Positions 6,492 to 16,154 of a stretch of DNA of 34,476 bases are shown piece by piece. The DNA comes from a virus. Its lineage: Duplodnaviria > Heunggongvirae > Uroviricota > Caudoviricetes. The DNA lies in IMG/VR virus record IMGVR_UViG_2698536573_000006. One strand, written 5' to 3'. The notes under the pieces are model-generated. The model saw nothing but the letters and a program-made list of their open reading frames with translations, did not search any database and was not told the DNA's origin. Numbering within the stretch: position 1 is the first letter of the stretch; each line of letters opens with the position of its first letter. The position numbers and the translations under genes are program-made.

Positions 6492-9239
6492 ATGACGGCA
6501 GAGTACATCAGGGACTGGCAACAACCGCGCCACGCAGTGGGGCGTGAAGGAACGGGGATCCCCGCTCCTGAATCCGCGCTTTCCTCCTGGCTGGATGCCT
6601 ACCGGGCAGAGAACGAGCGCCGCCAGGAAATGGCTGATGCGGCGTTCTCCGCCACGCCGCTGGGCAACCTGATTAATAAAAGCCTGGACGCACAGGAAAA
6701 ACAGGACAAAACCATCACACTGGCAGGAGACGCCAGAAAGCAGGCACGCGGCGCGGTGGATGAAGCCATGGCCTCGCTGCGCCTGCTGCCGTCCTATCTG
6801 CGCGATCCGCTTATTCGCCACCTCTCCTTCCTGCGCAAAAAACAGGAATCTGACCGCCAGAAAGGTAAAAAGAACCAGCAGGCTGAACGCTACGCGCGCG
6901 GGACCCTGCGCAAAATATTCGAACGTCTGGACCGCACCGACCACCGCTGGCTGACACCGGGTTATCGCGCCCTTGCCGGACGCGAACGCCTGGATGATTT
7001 GCTTTACCTCCCGCAGCTCAACAAGCACCAGATACAGACGCTGGCCACCATGACGGCGGCGATGTTCAGCAGCACCTTCGAAAAACTCTGCGATGGCTTT
7101 GGCGCAACCGATGGCGAGCTGACCATGGATGTAACCCTGAAGGCGTATCAGATGCTGGCCCGCATGGCGTTACACCTGCACGCCATGCCTCCACATTATG
7201 ACGCACTGACAACAGACAAAGACCGGAGGAACGAACCGGACACGGAGCTGCTGCCGGGCGCAATCCTTCGCCTGACCTGTGCGGAATGGTGGAAACGCAA
7301 ACTGTGGCTGTTACGTTGCGAGTGGAGAGAAGAACAACTCCGCGCCGCCTGTCTGGTTTCCAGAAAAACATCGCCCTATCTGAGCCAGGACGCGTTAAGC
7401 GAGTTTCGCGCACAGCGCGAGAAGACACGCGATTTCCTGAAAAGTTTCATGCTGGAAAACGAAGACGGGTTCACGATTGATCTCGAGACAGTGTATTACG
7501 CGGGAGTAAGTAACCCGGTTCACCGTAAGGCAGAAATGATGGCCACCATGAAGGGACTGGAACTTCTGGCCGAAGCCCGTGGCGACAGAGCGGTGTTTCT
7601 GACTGTCACCTGCCCGTCAAAATACCACGCCACAACAGAGAACGGTCATCCGAATCCCAAATGGAACGGGGCCACCATGCGCGACTCCAGCGATTACCTG
7701 GTTAACACGTTTTTTGCGGCTGTCCGCAAAAAACTGAACCGCGACGGTCTGCGCTGGTATGGCATCCGCACGGTGGAGCCTCACCATGACGGCACCGTGC
7801 ACTGGCATATGATGGTCTTTGCTCATCCGGAAGAAATCGACACCATTGTGTCCCACACCCGCGATATTGCCATTCAGGAAGACCGCCACGAGCTGGGCGA
7901 TGACATAACTCCGCGCTTTAAGGCGGAGTACGTCGACGGCTCAAAAGGCACACCAACCAGCTACATCGCCACCTACATCGGAAAGAACCTGGACAGCCAC
8001 GCCGTGGATGGCATCGACCCGAAAACGGGCAAGCCACGCGTTGACCACGAAACCGGAAAATCAATGGCCGAGAGCGTGGAGCGCGCCATCGGCTGGGCGC
8101 GCCTTCACCGGGTCCGCCAGTTCCAGTTCTTTGGCATCCCCTCCCGTCAGGTGTGGCGTGAACTGCGCCGCCTTGCCAGCCAGATGGCACGCAACCCGGA
8201 AGGCCCGCAACGACTGAAGGACGACGCAATGGATGCGGTACTCGCTGCCGCTGATGCCGGGTGTTTTGCCTCCTACATTGAAAAACAGGGTGGCGTACTT
8301 GTTCCACGCAAAGACTACCTGATTCGCACCGCCTACGACCTCGCCGATGAGCTGAACGATTACGGCGAACAGAGCGTACAGATTTACGGGATCTGGTCAC
8401 CACTCATCGGGGAATCCTCCCGTGTGTGCACGCATCCGGATAACTGGAAGCTGGTAAGACGTAAACCGGAAGCGGAAGACAGCGCCCGCGAAAATGGTTT
8501 TGACCTTCAGGGCGGCTCTGCCGCCCCTTGGACTCGTGGCAATAACTGTCCCCGTGTACAGGAAACGGACAACAACGGGACAGAACAGCCGGAGGAACGG
8601 CCAGCACCGTGGCCGCAGCTTCCTGAAGGCGTTGACGTGAATGAATGGATGCGCTCACTGAAACGGCACGAACGCCGGGCACTGATGCGTTCGCTGCGTG
8701 ACAAACAGGCAAAAAACAGCAGTGATGAAATGCAGAACTGGACACAGAGCCGCAAACAGCCACAGCCTTTGCCTGATAACCACGAGTTACTCGCTAAAGA
8801 ATGGCGGGAGTCTGCTGAATCTCTCGGCCTGCATATCGGTGAACAGCAGATGCAGCACCTGTTACGGGGCGGCAGTCTGTACGTTGGCGGCAGCATCATT
8901 ACACCGCAGGGATTTGAAATTGTACGCAAACCGGATACCCGCCCGGACAGCCGAATCACGCAGCTCTGGCAACGCCTGAGTCGTAATCACGGCGTAAGCA
9001 GCACGGAGATCCGCCATAACCCGGTCGCCAGCTATCTGGAACAACTAGAGGCATCAGACCCTGAAGCCGCCGCACGCCTGGCATCCACACTTCAGCAAGA
9101 CCAGAACACCATGAAAACACCAGTTACCGTACTTTCTGACATGCTGCGCGCCATCCGCGACGCAGAGCACGCACAGAGAATCAATGAAACCACTAAACAT
9201 GCTCGCAAAAAAATCAGTTTATTGCATCGAACACGATAG
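6492..9239 (+). CDS. A: replication initiation endonuclease, P2 gpA family (rolling circle)
   Basis: 915 aa; the central region (HHDGTVHWHMMVFAH ... TSYIATYIGKNLD ... WARLHRVRQFQFFGIP) matches the conserved P2 A nickase core as I recall it. Confidence 0.9.
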   Translation: MTAEYIRDWQQPRHAVGREGTGIPAPESALSSWLDAYRAENERRQEMADAAFSATPLGNLINKSLDAQEKQDKTITLAGDARKQARGAVDEAMASLRLLPSYLRDPLIRHLSFLRKKQESDRQKGKKNQQAERYARGTLRKIFERLDRTDHRWLTPGYRALAGRERLDDLLYLPQLNKHQIQTLATMTAAMFSSTFEKLCDGFGATDGELTMDVTLKAYQMLARMALHLHAMPPHYDALTTDKDRRNEPDTELLPGAILRLTCAEWWKRKLWLLRCEWREEQLRAACLVSRKTSPYLSQDALSEFRAQREKTRDFLKSFMLENEDGFTIDLETVYYAGVSNPVHRKAEMMATMKGLELLAEARGDRAVFLTVTCPSKYHATTENGHPNPKWNGATMRDSSDYLVNTFFAAVRKKLNRDGLRWYGIRTVEPHHDGTVHWHMMVFAHPEEIDTIVSHTRDIAIQEDRHELGDDITPRFKAEYVDGSKGTPTSYIATYIGKNLDSHAVDGIDPKTGKPRVDHETGKSMAESVERAIGWARLHRVRQFQFFGIPSRQVWRELRRLASQMARNPEGPQRLKDDAMDAVLAAADAGCFASYIEKQGGVLVPRKDYLIRTAYDLADELNDYGEQSVQIYGIWSPLIGESSRVCTHPDNWKLVRRKPEAEDSARENGFDLQGGSAAPWTRGNNCPRVQETDNNGTEQPEERPAPWPQLPEGVDVNEWMRSLKRHERRALMRSLRDKQAKNSSDEMQNWTQSRKQPQPLPDNHELLAKEWRESAESLGLHIGEQQMQHLLRGGSLYVGGSIITPQGFEIVRKPDTRPDSRITQLWQRLSRNHGVSSTEIRHNPVASYLEQLEASDPEAAARLASTLQQDQNTMKTPVTVLSDMLRAIRDAEHAQRINETTKHARKKISLLHRTR

Positions 9240-9284
9240 AAATATAGAGCTAAGGCCGCCCTAGGAATAAGGAGGCCTTGAAAA

Positions 9285-10058
9285 TCAACCTATCTTCTTA
9301 TGAAGTAAAATTAATTTCTGTATTAATTTGGAATGAAACATAGATATATCAGAAATTCTTATTTCATTAGGCGAGTCTATATGATTGGAAACTTCTTCCT
9401 CCAAGGAGTCACAAATACTTTCTAGATTTTCAATATCTGCATTTAATTCTGGAAAACTATTAAACAAATATAATGAATCCCGTAACTCTCCTAGTTTTGG
9501 TAAAAGAGTATTACTGAATACACTAAGAAACTCCTCTTCTGATAATGCCATGGAGTTTTTAAAACTTTGCACAACATCGAATGCCAACCCATTAATTTTA
9601 GGCATAATTACTTCTCTTACCCAATATCCTTCATTAATAGCTTCTTTACGTTCTTTTCTATGTTGAACATAAGGAATAACAAAGGATGAAACTAAGGCAA
9701 ATAAAGAGATGCCAATAGAAATCCACTCTGGACCATTTTCCGGAACCTTTACAATATTATATATATCATGGGAATTTGGAACATCTTTGAAATAATTAGC
9801 AAATAAATCTTTTTTGTTATCCCTTGCCAGAGATAACTTATGAAAGGTGTCGTTTGCCTTTTCACAAAACATCAAGCCATCATTCGGGTTTCCGGATAAC
9901 AAAAACGGTGATGATATACCACTAAGTCCTGAATCGGAAATATAAAAAGGCGTGTTTGGATAAAGTGACTCATTACATTCAATGTTTTCTTTATTGGAAA
10001 AATCTGTCACAGAGCAAGCTGCGGGGAATATAAAAAAAATGACAGACAGCGCTGTCAT
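9285..10058 (-). CDS. cargo island gene 3: signal-peptide plus single-TM membrane protein
   Basis: ORF 9285..10094. N-terminal hydrophobic signal (MTALSVIFFIFPAACS), a roughly 110-aa extracytoplasmic region, one TM helix (WISIGISLFALVSSFVIPYV), then an acidic helical C-terminal domain. AT-rich. Start ambiguous (10058 or 10094). Confidence 0.65.
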   Translation of the reverse strand: MTALSVIFFIFPAACSVTDFSNKENIECNESLYPNTPFYISDSGLSGISSPFLLSGNPNDGLMFCEKANDTFHKLSLARDNKKDLFANYFKDVPNSHDIYNIVKVPENGPEWISIGISLFALVSSFVIPYVQHRKERKEAINEGYWVREVIMPKINGLAFDVVQSFKNSMALSEEEFLSVFSNTLLPKLGELRDSLYLFNSFPELNADIENLESICDSLEEEVSNHIDSPNEIRISDISMFHSKLIQKLILLHKKIG

Positions 10059-10077
10059 TTTGATTTGAAAAATATTT

Positions 10078-10422
10078 TTAAAAGAAGGGAACATTTTTAT
10101 GTAAGCCTCTCCTTACAGCTCTATCTAATTCAGAAAGCATACCTTCTTTATATTCACGACCATCAAGTACAGTGCGACTATAAAATTCGCTAGGCGAAGA
10201 AAATTTCGGCAAAACCGTTTCAAGCATACCTAGAAAGTATGAGCTTGATACAACAATTCCCTTGGGGATCAATAGATATAATCTATCATTACTGGTTGTG
10301 CAAAATTTCCCTATATTAAAGTAATCATAGGCCTGGCGCCCATTAGAACGTCCAGCAAAAAGTTTCTTGTTACTATCTTTTACTAACTTATTGAAATCTA
10401 TGGTGATGTCAGCCATTTTCAT
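10078..10422 (-). CDS. cargo island gene 2: small STAS-like (DUF4325-like) protein
   Basis: 114 aa; the segment LLIPKGIVVSSSYFLGMLETVL resembles the conserved core of STAS-like small proteins that pair with GHKL kinases. This is from memory, not a search. Begins 10 nt after the upstream gene's stop. Confidence 0.7.
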   Translation of the reverse strand: MKMADITIDFNKLVKDSNKKLFAGRSNGRQAYDYFNIGKFCTTSNDRLYLLIPKGIVVSSSYFLGMLETVLPKFSSPSEFYSRTVLDGREYKEGMLSELDRAVRRGLHKNVPFF

Positions 10423-10432
10423 GTACCTGTCC

Positions 10433-11812
10433 TCAAGTTCGCTGGGTGGCGTTTTCTGGTAGAGGAAAACGAATATTGATCATAACTCCAGGAAATCGAG
10501 CATCCTTCATACGCTTAAGATAGTTGCGATCCGGTTCAGATTCAAGCCCTACATCATTAAAAGGGTAAGTAAAAATGTCACTTTCCTCGTCATTAACCAA
10601 CCTTTGCTTTAATTTATATGATCCATCAAAGTTAATATGAGTACTACCAGATATTAAAGTCATTTTTATCCCACCTTTAATATCTCTTCCCATTTTTTTA
10701 AGATTATCATGCATATCTTGAAATAACTTCAATAATTCAATTGTTCCGGTGCCAGAACTGTCAGTTTCTTTCTCGTTTTTACAACTCACCCGCCCTTGCA
10801 AGGCCGCTACTGTTGTTAATCCTTCCTTAAACATACCCTTTTTCTTAATATGCTTATTTATGTATGGATTAACTTGTTGACTTAATGAAAAATGATCCTC
10901 AGGTAAATTATCAAAAGTTTCGCTGATAGTTTTCCCAAAATTGAAAACAGCCAACTCACATATGGGGTTTCGTACGTTATTATTAACAAAACCTCTCAAA
11001 TACCAGCGTGGGCGTTGCTCTAACCCACAATGCCGCTCCGCATTATCAAGGAGTTCCCCCATGCAGGAAGTTAAATGCTTTTCTGCCTCATGTACAAGTT
11101 TTAAATTATGATCATTTAAGCATTCGTTTATGTATGCGGTAAATTTTTCAGCAGTGACATTTTTTCTGTCATGGGCAAAGGCAGAAGCATTCTCCTTTCC
11201 GATACTATCAGCAGAGAAGATTCGTTTCTTCGGATTCGCTTTTTTCGATGCTTCAGTAGAGTCCAGAACTTTACCTGGTGCAGCATTACTAATCTCTTTT
11301 ACAAGCCCGACATCCCTGATAATTTCAAGATACTGTTCATCTTTAGGGTAGATACCATTAATCTGAATCATCGTATCTTTGAAATTTATATTACTTTGCC
11401 TTGCTGCTGTAAGAGCAACACCTAATAGACACTCAAGACCAAGACAGTGTTTTTTGTTTTTCTTGTAATCAAAAATATATGATTTCCATTTACCTCTTGC
11501 AATTAATTTTGTGGCTGCACTAATAAATAGCAGAGATTTCTCTGGATTGTCATATAAGTCAAAATATTTAGGTATTAATATCTTCTCTGCGTCACGACGA
11601 AGAATTGATGAGTCATACTCTTTTATAATCGATATATTTTCAATGAACGTAGCGACTTGGTTTTGGACAGGAGTTGTTTCATCGGAAAAACGAAGACTAC
11701 CATTTTTCTCTTGCGCAGGCTTTTTTTTCTTAGCTCTCTCAACGCTACGAAGAAATCGCAACCATCCACGTAAAAAGGTTCTTTTAGAATCTTCTTTATT
11801 GATTTTTTTCAT
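10433..11812 (-). CDS. cargo island gene 1: protein with C-terminal GHKL (histidine-kinase-like) ATPase domain
   Basis: ORF 10433..11908; start set at ATG 11812 (MKKINK), which follows AGGAA. The C-terminal region has an N-box-like ELLDNAERH and a G-box-like SGTGTIELL; the N-terminal 250 aa or so is unrecognised. AT-rich. Confidence 0.8.
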   Translation of the reverse strand: MKKINKEDSKRTFLRGWLRFLRSVERAKKKKPAQEKNGSLRFSDETTPVQNQVATFIENISIIKEYDSSILRRDAEKILIPKYFDLYDNPEKSLLFISAATKLIARGKWKSYIFDYKKNKKHCLGLECLLGVALTAARQSNINFKDTMIQINGIYPKDEQYLEIIRDVGLVKEISNAAPGKVLDSTEASKKANPKKRIFSADSIGKENASAFAHDRKNVTAEKFTAYINECLNDHNLKLVHEAEKHLTSCMGELLDNAERHCGLEQRPRWYLRGFVNNNVRNPICELAVFNFGKTISETFDNLPEDHFSLSQQVNPYINKHIKKKGMFKEGLTTVAALQGRVSCKNEKETDSSGTGTIELLKLFQDMHDNLKKMGRDIKGGIKMTLISGSTHINFDGSYKLKQRLVNDEESDIFTYPFNDVGLESEPDRNYLKRMKDARFPGVMINIRFPLPENATQRT

Positions 11813-11930
11813 TTCCAAATGTTCCTGCAAAGTTAACGTAGCCCACAAGGCGCTAAGTATACTTTCTGCTATATTTTTTTCACTATACAAATGCACAATA
11901 GTGCACAAATTTGCACAATTTTTTTGAACG
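11813..11930 (-). promoter_or_regulatory. putative promoter/operator of the cargo operon with three 10-bp-phased TGCACAA repeats
   Basis: TGCACAA at 11892-11898, 11902-11908 and 11912-11918 (top strand), exactly 10 bp apart; on the minus strand the TTGTGCA repeats resemble a -35 element and are followed by TATAGT (top strand 11882-11887). Confidence 0.4.
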
Positions 11931-11988
11931 ACTTTTTGCCCTTCCAGCCCGCGTGGCGGCTGGATCCGTCAAGGATCCGTGCGTGCAC

Positions 11989-12013
11989 AAAAAAACGCGC
12001 TTTTTCTGCGCGC
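11989..12013 (-). terminator. putative intrinsic terminator (minus strand)
   Basis: On the minus strand: stem cgcgc, loop agaaaaa, stem gcgcg, then a 7-T run; sits between the Q end and the cargo island. Confidence 0.45.
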
Positions 12014-12014
12014 A

Positions 12015-12342
12015 GGTGACGGGGGAACAGCCCGCGTTTCAGGGGGTAAATAGCATTCCCTGAACGATGTCGCAGAGATACAACAGAATGGCTGTCTTTC
12101 TCACGCTGAGCGTGAAAAAGACGTGAGGTTTTTTGATTTGATGGGGTGGCAGATAAGGCCGTCAAAATCGCACTGAGGCGGCGAGAACATGCAGTCAGCG
12201 CGATGGGATTGCGTAAGAGCCTGACCGCCGATGATGGCAATAAGCTGGAAGGCGTCGTGAAATTATCTGATTGATACAGGAGCTGGAGAGTCGGGACATA
12301 AATTTTTTATGCCCCGGCGAAGCAGCAGACAAGCGAAGCGCG
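12015..12342. other. non-coding region expected to contain cos (packaging site)
   Basis: P2 cos lies just beyond the 3' end of Q. cos-like GC-rich strings are present (gaggcggcgag near 12175-12193; gcgtggcgg near 11951-11960), but the exact site cannot be fixed by eye. Confidence 0.3.
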
Positions 12343-13389
12343 TCAGGATGTGGGCGGGGTGTCCAGCAGTGCGTAAGGGTTAAAGCGGATCACCTCTTCG
12401 CCAAGCCAGTCATTGATGTGCTTCATGGCCTCCATAACGGGCATCAGCTCGTTAATTGCATAAACCCGCGCGGCCTTCTCCACATCACCAAACGCACTTT
12501 TTTCGCCCGGCATCGCCCCCATCAGTTGCGGCGGAACGCGGTGCGCAGCCAGCACATCATCACGGGATGCCGCCTTAACATTCATGAACTCATCCTTTGC
12601 GGTGATCTGCTGGAACGGCAAAATTTGCACCCCCTCTTTGCCCCCGTTGGGCGCATGAATGAGCACGTTTTTAAATGCACCACCACCACGTGCACCCTGT
12701 AGCGTTTCCTTCAGGGAGTCCATGCTTTCGCGGTTTACCTGCGCTGCACCGATGTAGATGATGCACCCGGCGTGGGATCCATTGTCGTAGTACAGTTTTC
12801 TGAACATGTCCGCCGAATGAGACAGGCTGGCCGAGAGTAATGCGCCGAGATATTCCGGCATGCCGTAGATTTCCTGGTTAATGTCAGGATTCATCAGGTG
12901 GCACACTTTGCCAGGGCGAAACTGAAACGCGTCCTTGCCATCCTGCACATACCACCATGATTCAAGATCGCTTCCGCGTCGCATGTATTTCGCCAGGGCG
13001 TGCCGTAATTTAAGCGGTTCGCCGAGCATATTGCTCCGAAGCTCAAGGAATGCGTTACCGAACACAAACCAGTCCAGCGCCAGCGCCGAGAAATCCTGCC
13101 GGGAAAGCAGCGGGTGCGGGATGTAGCAACTGAGCAATACATTACGCTTAAAGTAAAGCGCAGACTGATGCCAGGACGTTTGCCGGGCAGCTCTTGCCAG
13201 ACCGTACCAGTCCACCGGGGTTTCATACCACCGCCCGTTATCAGCACAGTACATATTGTCCAGCAAATCATGCCCGGTCAGGCGATAAGGACCATCAAAT
13301 GTGAATGCACTGAGCGACGATTCTTTCCTGAGCGCATCAGCGAGATCAATGCGTGAACTCATGCGCACTTTTTTATTTTTTCTGCTCAT
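12343..13389 (-). CDS. Q: portal protein, P2 gpQ family
   Basis: 348 aa; position and orientation (divergent from O, downstream of P) and overall similarity to my recollection of P2 Q. Confidence 0.9.
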   Translation of the reverse strand: MSRKNKKVRMSSRIDLADALRKESSLSAFTFDGPYRLTGHDLLDNMYCADNGRWYETPVDWYGLARAARQTSWHQSALYFKRNVLLSCYIPHPLLSRQDFSALALDWFVFGNAFLELRSNMLGEPLKLRHALAKYMRRGSDLESWWYVQDGKDAFQFRPGKVCHLMNPDINQEIYGMPEYLGALLSASLSHSADMFRKLYYDNGSHAGCIIYIGAAQVNRESMDSLKETLQGARGGGAFKNVLIHAPNGGKEGVQILPFQQITAKDEFMNVKAASRDDVLAAHRVPPQLMGAMPGEKSAFGDVEKAARVYAINELMPVMEAMKHINDWLGEEVIRFNPYALLDTPPTS

Positions 13390-15140
13390 CAGAACTCCAT
13401 AACCGTGAAACGCTCGTTTTCTCCTTCGCCGCCAATCGGTTCGTTAATGACAGCAAGCATGGTTGCCCACGCAAGGTCGCCGTGGCTGATCCCCCTCGCG
13501 CGGTCCGTTTCGTATGTGATAAAGCCGCCCGGTGTTTTCACCTTACGCACGGCGTTAAAGGCCGCGACCAGCTCACGTTCGGCGCGATCGTATTCCCACC
13601 GCCCGGCACGCATTATTTGCAACATTTTCAGTACCAGCGACCGTTTTGATGACAGCGTGAAGGTGTACGGAATAGCAGCAGGGAAAAACCGTTTCACTAT
13701 CTGATAAACAGCCTCCCCGTTCCCGCCTGTCACATCAATGCCGATGTGTTCCACGTTGTAGCGACACGTGAACTCTTCAATGACTCTGGCCTGTTCTTCA
13801 AACTCCAGCCCCTGAACGCGTCGCGTCTCCACCGTTCGAAAACGGCCTCCATGAACAGCCGGAGGAACCACCACGGACACAGCGCCGCTGTCGCCGTTTC
13901 CACTGCTGCCGTTTGCGTCATACCCAATCCATACCGGACGATTCCCCATCGGGCGGGGAGCAAAAGGTTTCCAGTCTTTCCAGTCGTCGTATCCGTCAAC
14001 ACCGCAGCCAATCAGGATATTCAGGTTAAATGCCGATTCCCCTTCGCGGACAAACTCACACATATAGAGATTGCGGAACTCGTCTTCGGTGTTTTCATCA
14101 CGAATTTCGTCAATATCGGTGTGTTTCCAGCCGTGATTAACCACATCTTCCAGCGTGACAATTTGCCGCCACGTCCGGTCAGGGCAGATAAGCCCGTTAT
14201 GCAGCGTTTTCCAGTCCACAGAAAAACGCTGGCGTTTATGCGTGGTCTTTTTCTCGTTCCAGCGGTCGCCGTTCCAGTAGGCGTATGCCTCGTGCGTTTC
14301 GGTGGATGGCGTGGAGAAGTAGGTGCGCCGCAGTCCGCTGAGGGTTGCCATAGCGCCAGCCACCTTGCGCAGTTCAGCAAAGCGACTGACCCAGAAAAAT
14401 TCATCAAAATAAAAATTGCCCGTGTAGGACTGTGCCGTCGCAGCAGAAGTACCAAGAAAATGCAGCTCTGCGCCGTTGGAGAGGATGATTTTATCGCCCC
14501 CTTTCAGCTCCACATCAACTTCAGATGCAGCCTTCTGAATAATGCTTTTAAACTGGAACGCCTGACGACGCGACGCAGACAAAAAAATCTGGTTACGCTG
14601 GTAAGGTTGCGCCACATCGTCACGCAGCGCCATCAGCAGTGCTTCCTGTGCAAAATACCAGGTCGCTCCAATCTGTCGGGATTTCAGGATCATCCTGTTA
14701 CGTATCCCGGCTTCCCTGCAAAGGGTCAGGGAGTCAAACCAGCCCCGCTGATGCCACTCCAGCCTGCTGATGATTTTTTCCCGCAGTGCGGCAATCTGTT
14801 CCTGCGTGAAATGATTTTTGAGTTTTTTCGCCCGGCTTTTCTTTCCTGTGGCCGTCGCATCCGGCTGGCCATCATGCAGTTTTTTAAGCTGCCGGGTCAG
14901 CAGGTCTATTTCCTTAAAGTCACCGCCTGTTTTATTCTTTTTTTCAGTAAGCTGGATGAGGCGCGCATCGATGGACTGCGTGACACGCTGCACGGGTGGT
15001 GTTTCATCCCACTGGTCGCGTTTTTTCCACGCATAAATCGTGTTCGGGTTTATTCCCATCAGACGTGATATTTCTGCGGGCGGATAACCCTGCCAGTAAA
15101 GTTGCCGCGCACGCTGGCGCACAAAAGCGTCCTGAATCAT
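13389..15140 (-). CDS. P: terminase large (ATPase) subunit, P2 gpP family
   Basis: 583 aa; classic P2 P position upstream of Q on the same strand; its stop overlaps the Q start. Confidence 0.9.
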   Translation of the reverse strand: MIQDAFVRQRARQLYWQGYPPAEISRLMGINPNTIYAWKKRDQWDETPPVQRVTQSIDARLIQLTEKKNKTGGDFKEIDLLTRQLKKLHDGQPDATATGKKSRAKKLKNHFTQEQIAALREKIISRLEWHQRGWFDSLTLCREAGIRNRMILKSRQIGATWYFAQEALLMALRDDVAQPYQRNQIFLSASRRQAFQFKSIIQKAASEVDVELKGGDKIILSNGAELHFLGTSAATAQSYTGNFYFDEFFWVSRFAELRKVAGAMATLSGLRRTYFSTPSTETHEAYAYWNGDRWNEKKTTHKRQRFSVDWKTLHNGLICPDRTWRQIVTLEDVVNHGWKHTDIDEIRDENTEDEFRNLYMCEFVREGESAFNLNILIGCGVDGYDDWKDWKPFAPRPMGNRPVWIGYDANGSSGNGDSGAVSVVVPPAVHGGRFRTVETRRVQGLEFEEQARVIEEFTCRYNVEHIGIDVTGGNGEAVYQIVKRFFPAAIPYTFTLSSKRSLVLKMLQIMRAGRWEYDRAERELVAAFNAVRKVKTPGGFITYETDRARGISHGDLAWATMLAVINEPIGGEGENERFTVMEF

Positions 15141-15294
15141 TGCTCCCCCTGAGTAATTACAGGAAGATTACCCGCGCGCGAAACCGTTCTCCTTAACCCC
15201 CTGTTCTGGCCGTTTTCTTACAACAAAAGCCCTTTGTATCAGCCTGTTACGCTTTGCCATCATGACTGAAGAACCAGTCAGAGGGGCGAAAACT

Positions 15295-16131
15295 ATGACT
15301 AATGAAAAAAAGACATCCCGCAAAAAGTTTCGCGTGGCTGTCTCCGGTGTGACGGCAGACGGGCGCGAAATCAACGGCGACATGCTGAAAGCTGCCGCCA
15401 CCAGTTATAACCCGTCCGTTTATGGTGCACGTGTAAATATTGAGCACATCCTGTCACCACTCCCCGGTAGCGAGTTTTCCGCTATGGGCGATGTTGTGGG
15501 GTTGAGCACCGAAGACATAACCGATGGCCCGCTGGCAGGCCGCACGGCACTGTATGCCGAAATTGAGCCGACCGCTCGCATGATGTCCCTGCTTAACGAT
15601 GGTAAAAAAATTTACTCCAGTATTGAGCTGGAACCACAGTCAACCATCACGGGAGGCCCTTACCTGCGCGGGCTGGCAATGACCGACACCCCCGCCAGCC
15701 TGGGCACGGAACGTCTGGCCTTTGCGGCACAACAACGTATGCAACTGATGACATTCAACTGTCAGCAGGGAGACGTGGCGATGTTCACCGCCGCTATGGA
15801 GTCAGAACTTATCGAACTCACCGAACAACGTCAGGAAGAAGGCACCCAGTGGTTTAACCGCGTTATGGGGATTATTGGCCGTGGCCGCAAAGCGGATGAC
15901 GCCAGTTTCTCCCGTATTCAGGAAGCGGTGGAAGGTGTCGCAACGTCACAGGCCGACATTATCGACCGTTTTAATGCACTGGAAACCCGCCATCAGCAGG
16001 ACAGCCAGAAAATCACTTCGCTGACCACAGAGCTGACAACACTGAAGGAAAAGCTGCGCACGCAGGACGGCGATCCGCAGAACCGGTTCACCGCAACGGG
16101 CGCAGCCTCCGACCAGCTGGCTGACTTCTGA
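15295..16131 (+). CDS. O: capsid scaffolding protein, P2 gpO family
   Basis: ORF 15262..16131; start set at ATG 15295, preceded by GAGGGG; FRVAVSGVTADGREI resembles the P2 O N-terminus. Confidence 0.85.
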   Translation: MTNEKKTSRKKFRVAVSGVTADGREINGDMLKAAATSYNPSVYGARVNIEHILSPLPGSEFSAMGDVVGLSTEDITDGPLAGRTALYAEIEPTARMMSLLNDGKKIYSSIELEPQSTITGGPYLRGLAMTDTPASLGTERLAFAAQQRMQLMTFNCQQGDVAMFTAAMESELIELTEQRQEEGTQWFNRVMGIIGRGRKADDASFSRIQEAVEGVATSQADIIDRFNALETRHQQDSQKITSLTTELTTLKEKLRTQDGDPQNRFTATGAASDQLADF

Positions 16132-16154
16132 TAAGACAAAGGAGCAAATTTTTT

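Noticed and set aside
5955-7028. 357-aa minus-strand ORF
   Set aside because: Lies antisense to the well-supported replication gene A and to the 6120-6485 ORF; Arg/Ala-rich low-complexity translation typical of a spurious antisense frame in GC-rich coding DNA.
9240-9284. Intrinsic terminator between A and the cargo island
   Set aside because: There is an imperfect aaggcc/ggcctt stem, but the loop is large and no U-tract follows on either strand.
11869-12702. ORFs 11869-12240 (minus) and 12271-12702 (plus)
   Set aside because: The first spans the promoter, terminator and cos-containing non-coding region with a low-complexity translation; the second is antisense to the Q portal gene.
13746-15068. 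440-aa plus-strand ORF
   Set aside because: Entirely antisense to terminase large subunit gene P, which has a strong family match; no recognisable domains.
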